Origin: Vulcanimicrobiota bacterium
GTDB lineage: Bacteria > Vulcanimicrobiota > Vulcanimicrobiia > Vulcanimicrobiales > Vulcanimicrobiaceae
Direction of reading: 5' to 3'
Assembly: GCA_963833095.1 (NCBI GenBank)
Contig: CAWHWQ010000005.1
Span: forward strand, 160,001-224,000
DNA: 64,000 nt
Shown here: positions 1 through 10,085 of the stretch, piece after piece
How positions within the stretch are numbered: the first letter of the stretch is position 1
Layout: each line of letters begins with the position of its first letter
Made by a program: the position numbers and the translations under genes
Notes under the pieces: generated by a model
Database searches by the model: none
Seen by the model: only the letters and a program-made list of their open reading frames with translations
What the model was told of the DNA's origin: nothing

Positions 1-1131
1 CATGCTGCTGCTCGACGAACCGACCAACCATCTCGACGCCGGAGAGCGTGGAGTGGCTCGAACAGTTCTTGCAGCGCTTTCCGGGCACGGTTGTTGCGGT
101 GACGCACGATCGCTACTTCCTCGACAACGCCGCCGAGTGGATTCTCGAGCTCGATCGCGGGCGCGGGATCCCATGGAAGGGCAACTACAGTTCGTGGCTC
201 GATCAGAAACAGGAGCGGCTCGCCGGAGAAGAAGCCGCCGAATCCGCGCGTCAGAAAGCGCTCAAGCGCGAACTCGAATGGGTGCGCCAAAACGCGAAGG
301 GCCGCCAGTCCAAGAGCAAGAGCCGCATCGCGCGCTTCGAGGAGCTCTCGAGCTACGAGTATCAGAAGCGCAACGAGACGCAAGAGATCTTCATTCCGGT
401 CGCCGAGCGCTTGGGCGAAAAGGTCATCGAGTTCAAGCGGCGTGCGCAAAGGCTACGGCGACCGGCTGTTGATGGACGACGTCAGCTTCGTCATTCCGCC
501 CGGCGCGATCGTCGGCATCATCGGGCCCAACGGCGCCGGCAAGTCGACGCTCTTCCGTATGATCGCCGGGCAAAGAGCAGCCCGACGCGGGCGAGATCAC
601 GATCGGCCCGAGCGTGAAGCTCGCGGTCGTCGATCAGAGCCGCGACGTCGCTCGACAACAGCAAGACCGTGTTCGAAGACGTCAGCGGCGGGCTCGATCT
701 CCTGCAAGTCGGCCGCTTCGAGATGCAGTCGCGGGCGTATCTTGGCCGCTTCAACTTCAAAGGCGGCGATCAGCAGAAGCACGTCGGCACAGCTCTCGGG
801 CGGCGAACGCGGCCGCCTGCATCTTGCCAAGACGCTGCTCACCGGCGCGAACGTGCTGCTGCTCGACGAGCCCTCGAACGACCTCGACGTCGAAACGCTG
901 CGCGCGCTCGAGGATGCCCTGGGCGAGTTTGCCGGAACGGTTCTTGTCACCAGCCACGATCGCTGGTTCCTCGATCGCATCGCGACGCACATCCTCGCCT
1001 TCGAAGGCGACTGCCGCGTCGTCTTCTTCGAAGGCAACTATCACGAATACGAAGCCAACAAGATCAAGCGACTGGGCGAAGAGGCGGCGCGCCCCAACCG
1101 CATTCGCTACCGCCCACTAACGCTGAACTAG
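1..1131 (+). CDS. ettA: Energy-dependent translational throttle ABC-F ATPase EttA (5' truncated by window, frameshifted)
   Basis: Fragments [59 protein letters not shown] across ORFs 2..472, 48..617, 442..1131, 669..1247. Confidence 0.9.
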
Positions 1132-1274
1132 GCGTCGCGCACGGCGACATAGATCGCGCGGAAGGCTTGCGCGGTCTCCTCGTCATCCCAATCGCCGCTG
1201 TGGTTGTCCAGCATCGAAGCCGTCAACTCTGCGGCGACCTTCTTTAACTCGATCTGCTCCTGCGTGGATAACAT
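1128..1274 (-). CDS. Small acidic hypothetical protein (48 aa, [12 protein letters not shown]...)
   Basis: GGAGGAGGAG RBS directly upstream; ATG overlaps (TGATG) the stop of the upstream decayed gene. Confidence 0.55.
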   Translation of the reverse strand: MLSTQEQIELKKVAAELTASMLDNHSGDWDDEETAQAFRAIYVAVRDA

Positions 1275-1540
1275 CACTCCTCCTCCTTCGACGAGAGTGT
1301 CTACAGCCACCATCGGGATTGGTTTCGCCGGGCGCTTCGATCGAAATACACCACAGCGATGCGCCCGTCACCGGTCTCGAATTTCGAACCAATGCTTCCT
1401 GACGTAGGTGTCGCCGCGGTCGTCTTTGGTCGAGCCGCTCACCCTCGTAGGTGAAAGCCACGGGCAGCGAGGGCTCTCCCTGCGCCAATGTGGAGACATC
1501 GAGCGCCTTCAGGCGCGATCGGTTTTCCGACGAATCCCAT
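1274..1540 (-). pseudogene. DUF6504-like small protein, disrupted
   Basis: Joining frames gives MGFVGKPIAPEG/ALDVSTLAQGEPSLPVAFTYEGERL/TKDDRGDTYVRKHWFE/FETGDGRIAVVYFDRSARRNQSRWWL*TLSS; family recognised from memory of the GEP.LP, RKHWF and RWWL motifs. Confidence 0.55.
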
Positions 1541-4500
1541 GCCGCGATGGTTTTGGCGAGGGCGTCGGTGACGGCAATGCATTGAAACGCGAGCCTAAAG
1601 CATCGAGCTCGTCGTGATACCGCTGCATCAGCGCCTCCTGCGCGCTGGTTGGTCCGTCGTAGGCGGTCGCCATGATGTGGCGCAGGTACGCGATCTGATC
1701 GATCACTTTGGCCGGCTGTTTATAGCCGGCGTTCTCGCTGCCGTTTCCGTTGCGCAGCTCATCAGCCAATGCGGCGTATTTCCCGCCGTGGCCCTTTAAT
1801 TTCGCGAGCCAGACTTCGCCGCGTTCCTGATCTTCGGCCAGCGATTCGAGCGCGTTGTACTGGGCCTGCAGTTGCGCAGTGGTCGCCTTCGTTTGCGGAT
1901 CGAGTCGCACGGTCAGCGGAACACTCAACGTCGCGCCACGCGCCTCCACGCGCACCGTGTAGGTACCGGGCAGCACCTGCGGTCCTTCGATCGTAAGCGG
2001 ATAAAAGACGTAGTACGGCCGCGAATCTTGCTTGGTGTTCGAATAGCCCGGTGCATCGGTCGCCAGATCCCACACGACGCGATTTAGACCGCCATCTGCC
2101 GTGCCGTCGAGATGGCGAATCACCTTCCCCGAGCGGTCGAGAATCTCGATCGCCACTTTTTCTTTTTTGGGCTTCTTCTTCGTCCCTCGCCTTGCTTGTC
2201 CTGAGCGAGCGGAGCGAGTCGAAGGGCTCGGGATGACAAGAGGCTTGAGATAGTACGAGATTACGGCGCCGTACGGCTTGTTGTCCGCGACGAACGCATT
2301 TTGCCCGATGTCGTGATAGGGACGCGCGGTGTAACGCCACGCGTCCGCCGGTGCAAAGAGCGCAACCTCGCCCTGCACCGCGCGCGCGAGGCCTTCGAGC
2401 GGCCCGATATCGTCGAGAATCGCAAAGCCGCGGCCGTGCGTTCCGGCGATCAAGTCGTTGGCGTCAGGTTGAATCTGCAGATCGTAAACAGGCACGTGAT
2501 TCATGCCGAGACGTGCGTCATGCCAGTGCGCGCCGCGATCGAACGACACCCACATGCCGTCTTCGGTTCCCGCAAAAAGGAGCGACGGTGCGCGCGGATC
2601 CTCGCGCACGACATACGCCCACAACGGCAACCCGGCATCGATCCGCGTCCAGGTCGAACCGCCGTCACGTGTGGTAAAAATGTAAGGACGCGTGTCGCCG
2701 AGTCGATGCGCGTCGAAGGTCACGTAGGCGACGTTTGCATCGATCGCCGACGCCTCGATCGACGCGGCGATCGCATGCGCGGGAACACCGGTGATGTTCT
2801 TGCCGACGTCACTCCAGGTCGCGCCGTCGTCGACCGTGCGATCGACGTGCCCATCGTCGGTTCCAACCCAAAGATTGCCGGCGTGCGGTCCTTGCGCGAT
2901 CGCGAAGATCGTGCAGTACGTTTCGGCGTTGGTATTGTCGTGTGTGATGGGCCCGCCGCTCGGCAATAGCCACGATGGATCGCACGGTTGCGTAAGGTCA
3001 GGACTGATGACGCTCCACGACTGCCCGGCATCGCGCGACCGGAAAAGGACGTTGCCGCCGTAGTAGATGGTGCCCGGCTCGCGTTGCGAGACGAGGAGCG
3101 GTGCGCTCCAGTTGAAGCGGTATTTCGAGCTGCCCGCGCCGGCACCGAATGTAATGACCGGCTGAGGCGAAATGTAGCGCGCCTCGCCGTCGCGCAAATC
3201 ACGCCGCGTCACATCGCCGAAGTGCGTGTCCTCATAAATGATGTCCGGGTCGCGCGGGTCGGGCAACACGTACTGCCCGTCGCCCCAATCGGAGATGTTC
3301 TTCCACGACCCGCCATCGACGCCGGTATCGTTCCACAGCGTGTTTGGCCCCCACCAGACTTCATGATCCTGCATCCCGCCCATCACGTGGTAGGGGACCG
3401 CGCGATCGTAGCCCACGCGATAAATCTGGCCGAACGGCATCGTATTGATGAACGACCACGTCTTTCCATCATCGTTGCTCAGATCGAATCCCATATCGCT
3501 GCCGAGCAGCACGCGTTTGGGATTGGTGGGATCGATCCACACGTCGTGATTGTCGCCGCCCGCCTCGACGCCTTTGAAATGTTTGCCACCATCGGTCGAG
3601 CGTTTGAGTTCGCCGGAAATATTCCACACCACGTTGGGCCGATCGGGATCGACCCGAATTTGGCTGAAGTAGAACGGACGAAAGACCAGATCCTGATCGG
3701 CATTGACCAAGCGCCACTGCACACCGCCGTCGTCTGAGCGATAGAGCATGCCTTTGCGCGTCGGGACGATCGCGTACACGACGTTGGGATGATGCGCGCT
3801 AATCGATAGGCCGACGCGATTGATGGTGCCGCCGGGAAGTCCGTCGTGACGGGCCGGATCGGTCAGCTTCGTCCAGTGCAGGCCGCCATCCGTCGAGCGA
3901 TACAAGCCGCTGCCCGGGCCGCCGCCGCGAAACGTCCATGGACGGCGCAGATAATCGAAGGTTCCCGCCAGTGCAACGTTGGGATTCTCGGGATCGAACG
4001 CTACGTCGCTGCCGCCGGTTGTCGGGTTGACGTACAACACGCGTTGCCAGCTCTTGCCGCCATCGCTGGTGCGATAGATGCCGCGCTGGCCGCCCGGCGA
4101 AAACTCGGGGCCCATTGCCGCAACGAGCGCGACGTCGGGATCCGTCGGATCGATCGCGATCTTGGCCACGTGTTGCGTGCCCGCAAGGCCCAGCGAGCGC
4201 CATGTTTTGCCGCCGTCGTTCGATCGGTACACCCCGTCGCCGAGCGCTGCGGTGTTGCGTGGAAATCCTTCGCCCGTGCCGATGTACACGATGCGCGGAT
4301 TTGACGGCGCAACCGCCACCGCGCCGATCGAGGTCGAGCGGCCGGCGTCGAAAATCGGATCGAACGTCATCCCGCCATCGGTCGATTCGTACAGTCCACC
4401 GGATGAATGCGCAAGATACATCGTGTTCGAATCGCCGGGCACACCTGCGACCGCATCGAGCCTGCCGCCCATGACAGCTGGGCCGATGACGCGCCACTTG

Positions 4501-4634
4501 AGCGAACCAAGATCTGCGGGCGAAATCGTCGCAGTCGGCCTCGTCTGTGCCGAGTACGCGGCATGTCGGACCGAGGGCACGGCGCAGCCGGAAACGGCGA
4601 TGCATGCAAACACGGCAAGACGACGCAGATTCAT
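1509..4634 (-). CDS. BNR/Asp-box repeat (VPS10/sortilin-like beta-propeller) glycosyl-hydrolase-like lipoprotein
   Basis: 1041 aa; many S/TxDGGxT/SW Asp-boxes; N-terminal lipobox IAVSGC. Confidence 0.85.
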   Translation of the reverse strand: MNLRRLAVFACIAVSGCAVPSVRHAAYSAQTRPTATISPADLGSLKWRVIGPAVMGGRLDAVAGVPGDSNTMYLAHSSGGLYESTDGGMTFDPIFDAGRSTSIGAVAVAPSNPRIVYIGTGEGFPRNTAALGDGVYRSNDGGKTWRSLGLAGTQHVAKIAIDPTDPDVALVAAMGPEFSPGGQRGIYRTSDGGKSWQRVLYVNPTTGGSDVAFDPENPNVALAGTFDYLRRPWTFRGGGPGSGLYRSTDGGLHWTKLTDPARHDGLPGGTINRVGLSISAHHPNVVYAIVPTRKGMLYRSDDGGVQWRLVNADQDLVFRPFYFSQIRVDPDRPNVVWNISGELKRSTDGGKHFKGVEAGGDNHDVWIDPTNPKRVLLGSDMGFDLSNDDGKTWSFINTMPFGQIYRVGYDRAVPYHVMGGMQDHEVWWGPNTLWNDTGVDGGSWKNISDWGDGQYVLPDPRDPDIIYEDTHFGDVTRRDLRDGEARYISPQPVITFGAGAGSSKYRFNWSAPLLVSQREPGTIYYGGNVLFRSRDAGQSWSVISPDLTQPCDPSWLLPSGGPITHDNTNAETYCTIFAIAQGPHAGNLWVGTDDGHVDRTVDDGATWSDVGKNITGVPAHAIAASIEASAIDANVAYVTFDAHRLGDTRPYIFTTRDGGSTWTRIDAGLPLWAYVVREDPRAPSLLFAGTEDGMWVSFDRGAHWHDARLGMNHVPVYDLQIQPDANDLIAGTHGRGFAILDDIGPLEGLARAVQGEVALFAPADAWRYTARPYHDIGQNAFVADNKPYGAVISYYLKPLVIPSPSTRSARSGQARRGTKKKPKKEKVAIEILDRSGKVIRHLDGTADGGLNRVVWDLATDAPGYSNTKQDSRPYYVFYPLTIEGPQVLPGTYTVRVEARGATLSVPLTVRLDPQTKATTAQLQAQYNALESLAEDQERGEVWLAKLKGHGGKYAALADELRNGNGSENAGYKQPAKVIDQIAYLRHIMATAYDGPTSAQEALMQRYHDELDALGSRFNALPSPTPSPKPSRHGIRRKTDRA
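2183..2240. repeat. Nested REP-like palindromic elements inside the CDS
   Basis: Minus strand GTCATCCCGAG...GCGAGGGA enclosing an oppositely oriented GTCCTGAGCGAGCGGAGCGAGTCGAAGGG; similar to 10123-10163 and 34985-35026. Confidence 0.7.
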
Positions 4635-4658
4635 GTGCGCCGCATTCGCACTCGGGTA

Positions 4659-5996
4659 TTAGCTCTCCTCAATCGTCGGTTCGACCCCGGCGAACGCGAG
4701 TACGACACGCAGGCCGCTGCCGGTATTCACGAGCATCACCGTACCGTCCGAGCGTTCCACACCGCGCCGTACGATCGAAAGCCCAAGACCCGTTCCGTCG
4801 GTACCAACACTTGCATCGCCGCGATAGAAGCGGTCAAAAGCGTGCTCGATATCTTCTTCGCTCATGCCGGGACCGCGGTCTTCAACACTGACCGAGGCGC
4901 GCGTGCCATCGTGTTCGACGGTGACGTTCACCGGGCCCGAGGGCGCGTACTTGAGGGCGTTTTCGATCAGCGCGCTCAGCGCGTCGATGACCTCGCTTGG
5001 GTTAACACGAGCATAGGTTTCGCCGTTCGTACGGAGCTGGACACGATCGTATCCGCCGTCGCGAAACGTCGCGACGACATTTTCTGCGAGTTGCTTGACG
5101 TCCACCGCGTAGACGGCGCGCTCACCATGTTCGAGTCGCGCAAGGATGATCAGATCGTCGATGATCGCCTTCATCCGCCGGCTTTGCGCCAGCATGTTGG
5201 CAAAGATCGTCTGCTCGCGCGGCGTCTTGGCTTGCAGCGCGCTGACATGCCCCATCAGCACCGTAAGCGGTGTGCGCAGTTGATGACCTGCATCGGCGAC
5301 AAACTGCCGCATTTCGTCCATGGCTGCGGACCGCTCCGCAAACGCATCGGTGATTTGTCGCACGGCAGCGTTATAGGCGCGTGCAAGGTCGCCGATCTCC
5401 GTCCGCTGTCGCGTCGTCACGGCATGGGGCGTGAAATCTCCGGAAGCAAAACGCTCGAGGGCGCGCGTCGTGTTGAGCAATGGCTCGAGCGTTCGCCGAG
5501 CCACGATATTGGCGAAAAACCATGCCGGCACGAGCGCGAGGATATCAACGATGATCGCGCCGATTAGCCACTGCGTGCTGGTCGTCGCGACGTAGTCCAG
5601 GTCGGGGACGATGTCGACGCGCATCGTCCCGAACGCCACGCTTTGGGCCTGCGCGTGCGGCCCAATGCCGATTGACGAATCCGGGCCCGTTGCGAGCGGC
5701 GGCAGGGCAAACGGTCCCGAACCAAAGCCCTCGCTGGTCGCGAAGTTGACGCGCACGTGCAACCCACGCACTTGCGCTAGGACCAGCGCCTCCACGTCGA
5801 CCGGCGGCGAACCCGAAAGTGCGTATTGAAAGGCAGCGCGTGTAACCCGGAGCGACGCGAGGTTGACGTCGGCTACCACGATGTTGCGCGTCACGTCAAC
5901 GACGAAGAGCCACACGATCCCCGAGATTGTCAGTGCAAAGATCAGCCATGCGGCCAAGAACGAAGCAATGAGCCGAAGGCGGATCGACCGCAGCAT
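4659..5996 (-). CDS. HAMP-domain sensor histidine kinase
   Basis: Two TM segments, HAMP, H-box DAGHQLRTPL, ENALKY, DRGPG, GTGLGL. Confidence 0.92.
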   Translation of the reverse strand: MLRSIRLRLIASFLAAWLIFALTISGIVWLFVVDVTRNIVVADVNLASLRVTRAAFQYALSGSPPVDVEALVLAQVRGLHVRVNFATSEGFGSGPFALPPLATGPDSSIGIGPHAQAQSVAFGTMRVDIVPDLDYVATTSTQWLIGAIIVDILALVPAWFFANIVARRTLEPLLNTTRALERFASGDFTPHAVTTRQRTEIGDLARAYNAAVRQITDAFAERSAAMDEMRQFVADAGHQLRTPLTVLMGHVSALQAKTPREQTIFANMLAQSRRMKAIIDDLIILARLEHGERAVYAVDVKQLAENVVATFRDGGYDRVQLRTNGETYARVNPSEVIDALSALIENALKYAPSGPVNVTVEHDGTRASVSVEDRGPGMSEEDIEHAFDRFYRGDASVGTDGTGLGLSIVRRGVERSDGTVMLVNTGSGLRVVLAFAGVEPTIEES

Positions 5997-6700
5997 TACT
6001 GTGGCGAGCGCAAAGCGTATCCCACGCCGCGGATCGTGTGGAGAAGCTGCTCCGCAAACCCATAGTCGATTTTATGGCGCAGGTACGAGATGTAGGTTTC
6101 GACCGCATTGCCGGTCACGCTGGAGTGATCGCCCCATACCTGCGCGATCAATTGTTCGCGCGTGAACACGCGGCGCGGTTCGCGCACGAACGTCGCAAGC
6201 AAGTCGAACTCGCGCGTGGTCAAGGTAATGGACCTGCCGTCGCGGACCGCGCGACGAGTATGCAGGTCGAGGGAGAGATCGCGGAAGGTCACGATTTCGG
6301 GTGATTCCAGTCGAGGACGGCGCAGCGCCGATCGCAGACGTGCGACCAGCTCGGGAATCTCGAACGGTTTGGCCACGTAATGATCCGCACCGCGATCGAG
6401 TCCGCGTACCTTATCGTCGGTTCCTCCCTTGGCGCTGACGATAAAGATTGGCGCTTGGGTTGTCCGGCGCAACTCGGGAAGGAGCGCGATGCCGTCGATC
6501 TTGGGCATCATGACGTCGAGCAAGATTGCGTCGGGTTCCCACTCGCGGACGAGGGCCAGGCCGCTGAAACCGTCAGGAGCGCTGCGGACCCGGAATCCGG
6601 CTTCAGCAAGTTCTAATTCGAGTAGCGTACGGATGTCGGGCTCGTCGTCGATGACGGCTACCCGGGGAATGAAGCTGTCCATGGTTCCCATGGTTCCCAA
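5996..6700 (-). CDS. OmpR/PhoB-family response regulator (MprA-like); start may be 6682 or 6691
   Basis: VIDDE, LLDVMMP, KPF, winged helix ending TIRGVGY. Confidence 0.93.
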   Translation of the reverse strand: MGTMGTMDSFIPRVAVIDDEPDIRTLLELELAEAGFRVRSAPDGFSGLALVREWEPDAILLDVMMPKIDGIALLPELRRTTQAPIFIVSAKGGTDDKVRGLDRGADHYVAKPFEIPELVARLRSALRRPRLESPEIVTFRDLSLDLHTRRAVRDGRSITLTTREFDLLATFVREPRRVFTREQLIAQVWGDHSSVTGNAVETYISYLRHKIDYGFAEQLLHTIRGVGYALRSPQ

Positions 6701-6799
6701 GGATAGGTTCCGACGCTTGGGCCAGGCTTGGAACCCGCGCAGGCCGGCCCGCGTGCGGGGCCGTAGACTCTGACTATGGCTGGAGAGGAGACCACCGTT

Positions 6800-7063
6800 A
6801 TGGATTCATCCAAACCCCAAACGCGCAAAGAGGCGCTCCGTACGCTAATCGTGCTGCCCGCAATGGCGGGCGCGATTGCGCTAGGCGCATCCTCGGCCGA
6901 CGCCGCGGCAAATAACCAGGCGCAGTTCAAATATCAAAACAAGCCGGGCACAAACGGCGAGAAATGCTCGGGTTGCAGTTTATTCAAGGCGCCCCACTCC
7001 TGTAGTGTGGTGACCGGAACGATCAGCCCGAACGGCTGGTGCATCGCCTGGGCCAAGAAGTAG
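6800..7063 (+). CDS. High-potential iron-sulfur protein (HiPIP, Iro-like), copy 1
   Basis: GAGGAG RBS at 6785-6790; signal peptide; CSGC-x8-C...ISPNGWC four-Cys HiPIP pattern. Confidence 0.85.
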   Translation: MDSSKPQTRKEALRTLIVLPAMAGAIALGASSADAAANNQAQFKYQNKPGTNGEKCSGCSLFKAPHSCSVVTGTISPNGWCIAWAKK

Positions 7064-7064
7064 C

Positions 7065-7325
7065 ATGGATACATCCAAATCGCAAACGCGCAAAGAGGCG
7101 CTGCGCACGCTAATCGTCCTCCCCGCGCTCGCGGGTGCAATCGCCCTCGGCACCGGCACGGCCGACGCCTCCGATAACAAGAAGCAATTCCACTATCAAG
7201 ACAAGCCCGGACCCAGCGGCAGGAAGTGCGCGGGCTGCCGCTTCTTTCGAGCGCCGCATGGATGCAGCATCGTCAACGGCACGATTAGTCCTAACGGTTG
7301 GTGCATCGCCTGGGCCAAGAGATAG
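7065..7325 (+). CDS. High-potential iron-sulfur protein (HiPIP), copy 2
   Basis: Paralogue of 6800..7063; YQDKP, CAGC-x8-C...ISPNGWC. Confidence 0.85.
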   Translation: MDTSKSQTRKEALRTLIVLPALAGAIALGTGTADASDNKKQFHYQDKPGPSGRKCAGCRFFRAPHGCSIVNGTISPNGWCIAWAKR

Positions 7326-8365
7326 CGCTCGTCTCGATCGCGACGGCGGTTCCACCGTACGCGCTCGAACAAAACGACGTTGCCGCTCGCGTCCACGCGC
7401 AATTCTCACGATCGCAAATCGTGCAACGCCTGATGCCCGTCTTCAACACGACCGGCATCAGGCGTCGTTATTCATGCGTACCGATTGACTGGTACTACGA
7501 CGCGCAGAGCTGGCCGCAACGCAACAGCGTGTATCTCGAAAGTGCGCAAGCACTGCTCGAAGGTGCTGCGCGGGATGCGCTGGAGCGCGCAAATGTACGC
7601 GCGGCCGACGTCGGCGCCGTGGTCGTCGTCTCGACCACCGGCATCGCCACGCCCAGTCTTGACGCGCGGTTGATCGAACCGCTCGGTCTCTCCCGCACGG
7701 TCAAACGCTTACCCATCTTCGGTCTGGGCTGCGTGGGCGGCGCCGTCGGTCTCGCGCGCGCGGCGGTGATGGCGCAAGCCGTGGCCCCCGCGCCCGTGCT
7801 ATTGCTGGTGGTTGAATTGTGCGCGCTTTGGTTTCGCCGCGACGATACCACCAAGAGCAACATCGTCGCGACCGCGCTTTTCGGTGATGGCGCTGCAGCA
7901 GCAGTTTTACGTGCCGGCGCCGATGGTCCACGCGTTCGAGCGTCAGGAGAATACACGTTTCCCGACACGCTCCGGGTGATGGGATGGGACGTGACCGGCG
8001 ATGGGTTGAGCGCCGTCTTTTCGCGCGACATTCCGCAGCTGGTGCAAAATCAACTCCAACCGGTTGTCGACGCCTACTTAGCGGAGTCGCAACTCACGCG
8101 CGCCGATATCGACGTATTCTTGAGCCACCCGGGAGGCACCAAAGTGCTCGACGCGCTGGAGTCGGCATTCGGCATCGAGCCCGGGTCCCTGCTTGACTCG
8201 CGCGCAGTGCTCACCGAGTACGGCAATATGTCGGCGGTGACGTTACTCTTTGTGCTCGAGCGCGCTCTGCGCGAAGGAGCCCTCACCCAATCGGCCTGGC
8301 GCCGGGCACTTCTCTCCGCGATGGGTCCGGGCTTTACTGCCGCGTTCGTTACCCTCGAACGATGA
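7298..8365 (+). CDS. Type III polyketide synthase (SrsA/BpsA-like alkylresorcinol/alkylpyrone synthase)
   Basis: Cys-His-Asn triad motifs GLGCVGG, SHPGG, YGNMS; LFGDGAAA; MGPGF. Confidence 0.92.
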   Translation: MVHRLGQEIALVSIATAVPPYALEQNDVAARVHAQFSRSQIVQRLMPVFNTTGIRRRYSCVPIDWYYDAQSWPQRNSVYLESAQALLEGAARDALERANVRAADVGAVVVVSTTGIATPSLDARLIEPLGLSRTVKRLPIFGLGCVGGAVGLARAAVMAQAVAPAPVLLLVVELCALWFRRDDTTKSNIVATALFGDGAAAAVLRAGADGPRVRASGEYTFPDTLRVMGWDVTGDGLSAVFSRDIPQLVQNQLQPVVDAYLAESQLTRADIDVFLSHPGGTKVLDALESAFGIEPGSLLDSRAVLTEYGNMSAVTLLFVLERALREGALTQSAWRRALLSAMGPGFTAAFVTLER

Positions 8366-8856
8366 CGCCGCTGCGCTGGATCGTCGCGATCGTGGCGCTG
8401 CTCCGCGTCGCGGAGTTATTCTACGCCGGGAGGAACACGCGCCGCTTGCTCGCGCGCGGTGGCATTGAAGTCGCACCCGAACAGTACCCGTGGTTCGTGG
8501 CGTTGCACGCCGCTTGGCTGCTATCGTTGCTCGTCTTCATCCCGGCGGATACGCCTGTCAACTGGTACCTGCTCGGCGTGTTCGCGCTCGCGCAAGTCGC
8601 GCGCGTCTGGATAATCGCGACCCTGGGCAATTTTTGGACGACGCGCATCATCACGCTCCCCGGGGCTCCGCTCGTACGCCGCGGCCCATACCGGCTTCTG
8701 CGTCATCCTAACTACGCGATCGTCTGTATCGAAATCGCGTCGCTGCCGCTCGCATTTGGCGCATGGCCGGTAGCGTTGTTCTTCACCCTTGCGAACGCAG
8801 GGCTCATAGCTTGGCGAATCCGCATCGAGGACGCGGCTCTTGATGCACGCCGCTAG
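8362..8856 (+). CDS. Isoprenylcysteine carboxyl methyltransferase family (SrsB/BpsB-like)
   Basis: Membrane protein with GPYRLLRHPNY and RIRIED; 4-nt overlap with PKS stop. Confidence 0.88.
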   Translation: MTPLRWIVAIVALLRVAELFYAGRNTRRLLARGGIEVAPEQYPWFVALHAAWLLSLLVFIPADTPVNWYLLGVFALAQVARVWIIATLGNFWTTRIITLPGAPLVRRGPYRLLRHPNYAIVCIEIASLPLAFGAWPVALFFTLANAGLIAWRIRIEDAALDARR

Positions 8857-9018
8857 CTGCTTGGCATATGTAGCATAACGACCGCATTGCAGCGAAAAAA
8901 CGGATATTCTTTCGCCAGGTGAAGCAGGCGGTTATTAATAATGGGTTAACGCATAGTTATCCAGCCTATTAGCAGCTCTACGTAGGAGGGGCTTACCACA
9001 CTCTAAAGGAGCAGAACC

Positions 9019-10065
9019 TTGAAACGATTAGCTATCACGCTAGGCGCAGCGCTCGTGCTGTGTACCATGGCGGGTGTCGGGATTGCTTCGGCGCAAACGA
9101 CACCGCCGGCATCAACGAGTACAAGCGGCAGCAACAGCGACACCAGCACAACCGTCGCGCAAGCGCCGGAAAAGAAACCAGCAGCAAAAAAACATCCGCT
9201 CGCGATCATTCACATCCAAGGGATGGCAACCTACATGGTCGGCAGCTCAGATCTGCCGCGTCCTAGTTACAGTTGCGCGGGTGGAACCTGCGGCGCGAAC
9301 GGCAATTATCAATTCGCCGACCCCATCGTGCATCTCAACTATGGCATCGTGATCCCGCTGGCCAACAAACTCACGCTCAGTTATGCTCACTCGTACATCA
9401 ACCAGAACCTGGGCCGGGTCACGACCATCACGAACGCCTATACCTACCAGGTGCTCAATGACGACCGCGTTGACGATGTCGGCCTGAACTACACGTCCGG
9501 CCAAGTCGCGCTCTCAGGCGGATGGCACCAGCGCGTGCGCATGTGCTGCGGCAACTCGGCACCAGGTGACGCTGCCAACCAGACCGCGTATCATTACCTC
9601 TACTTCCAAGGTGGCATCCGCGAAGGCGCGAGCAGCAAGTACTTTGGCAAGATGTTCGGATTGACGCTGCAAGAGGCGTTCGTTCCGCACAACACGACCC
9701 CGTACTTCACTTCGCCAAATTGCGCAAACGGCGCGGCCTCGTGCCCGATCGCGAGCGAGGGCGACAAGTGGAAGTTCACCTACACGCCCAACGTCACGAT
9801 CCCGATCGGTAACCCGAAGACCTCGACGTTCGCCGTCTTCGGCACCTATCTGAACAACTGGGACTACTTCCTCAATGCCCCGATCATGTATCTCTACAAT
9901 GAAGCGGACTATGGCTTCATCGTGAAGTTTCCCCCGGTATTCACGCTTACAGTGAACAACTCGAATCTATACCAATACCATCAGAGCAATCCGTTCTACT
10001 ACCCGAACACAATCAACCGCAACAAGTTGATCGTCGTTCTGGACGCCGCGCTGCCGATTATGTAA
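9019..10065 (+). CDS. Exported hypothetical protein, possibly outer-membrane beta-barrel
   Basis: AAGGAG RBS, signal peptide ending ASA, S/T-rich linker, Tyr/Asn-rich alternating strands, followed by terminator. Confidence 0.7.
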   Translation: MKRLAITLGAALVLCTMAGVGIASAQTTPPASTSTSGSNSDTSTTVAQAPEKKPAAKKHPLAIIHIQGMATYMVGSSDLPRPSYSCAGGTCGANGNYQFADPIVHLNYGIVIPLANKLTLSYAHSYINQNLGRVTTITNAYTYQVLNDDRVDDVGLNYTSGQVALSGGWHQRVRMCCGNSAPGDAANQTAYHYLYFQGGIREGASSKYFGKMFGLTLQEAFVPHNTTPYFTSPNCANGAASCPIASEGDKWKFTYTPNVTIPIGNPKTSTFAVFGTYLNNWDYFLNAPIMYLYNEADYGFIVKFPPVFTLTVNNSNLYQYHQSNPFYYPNTINRNKLIVVLDAALPIM

Positions 10066-10085
10066 TAACTGCGGCGACGTAAACG

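Noticed and set aside
6681..6711. ATGGTTCCC tandem 9-mer at the response regulator start as an operator or phase-variation site
   Set aside because: Only two full copies and in frame; not enough support.
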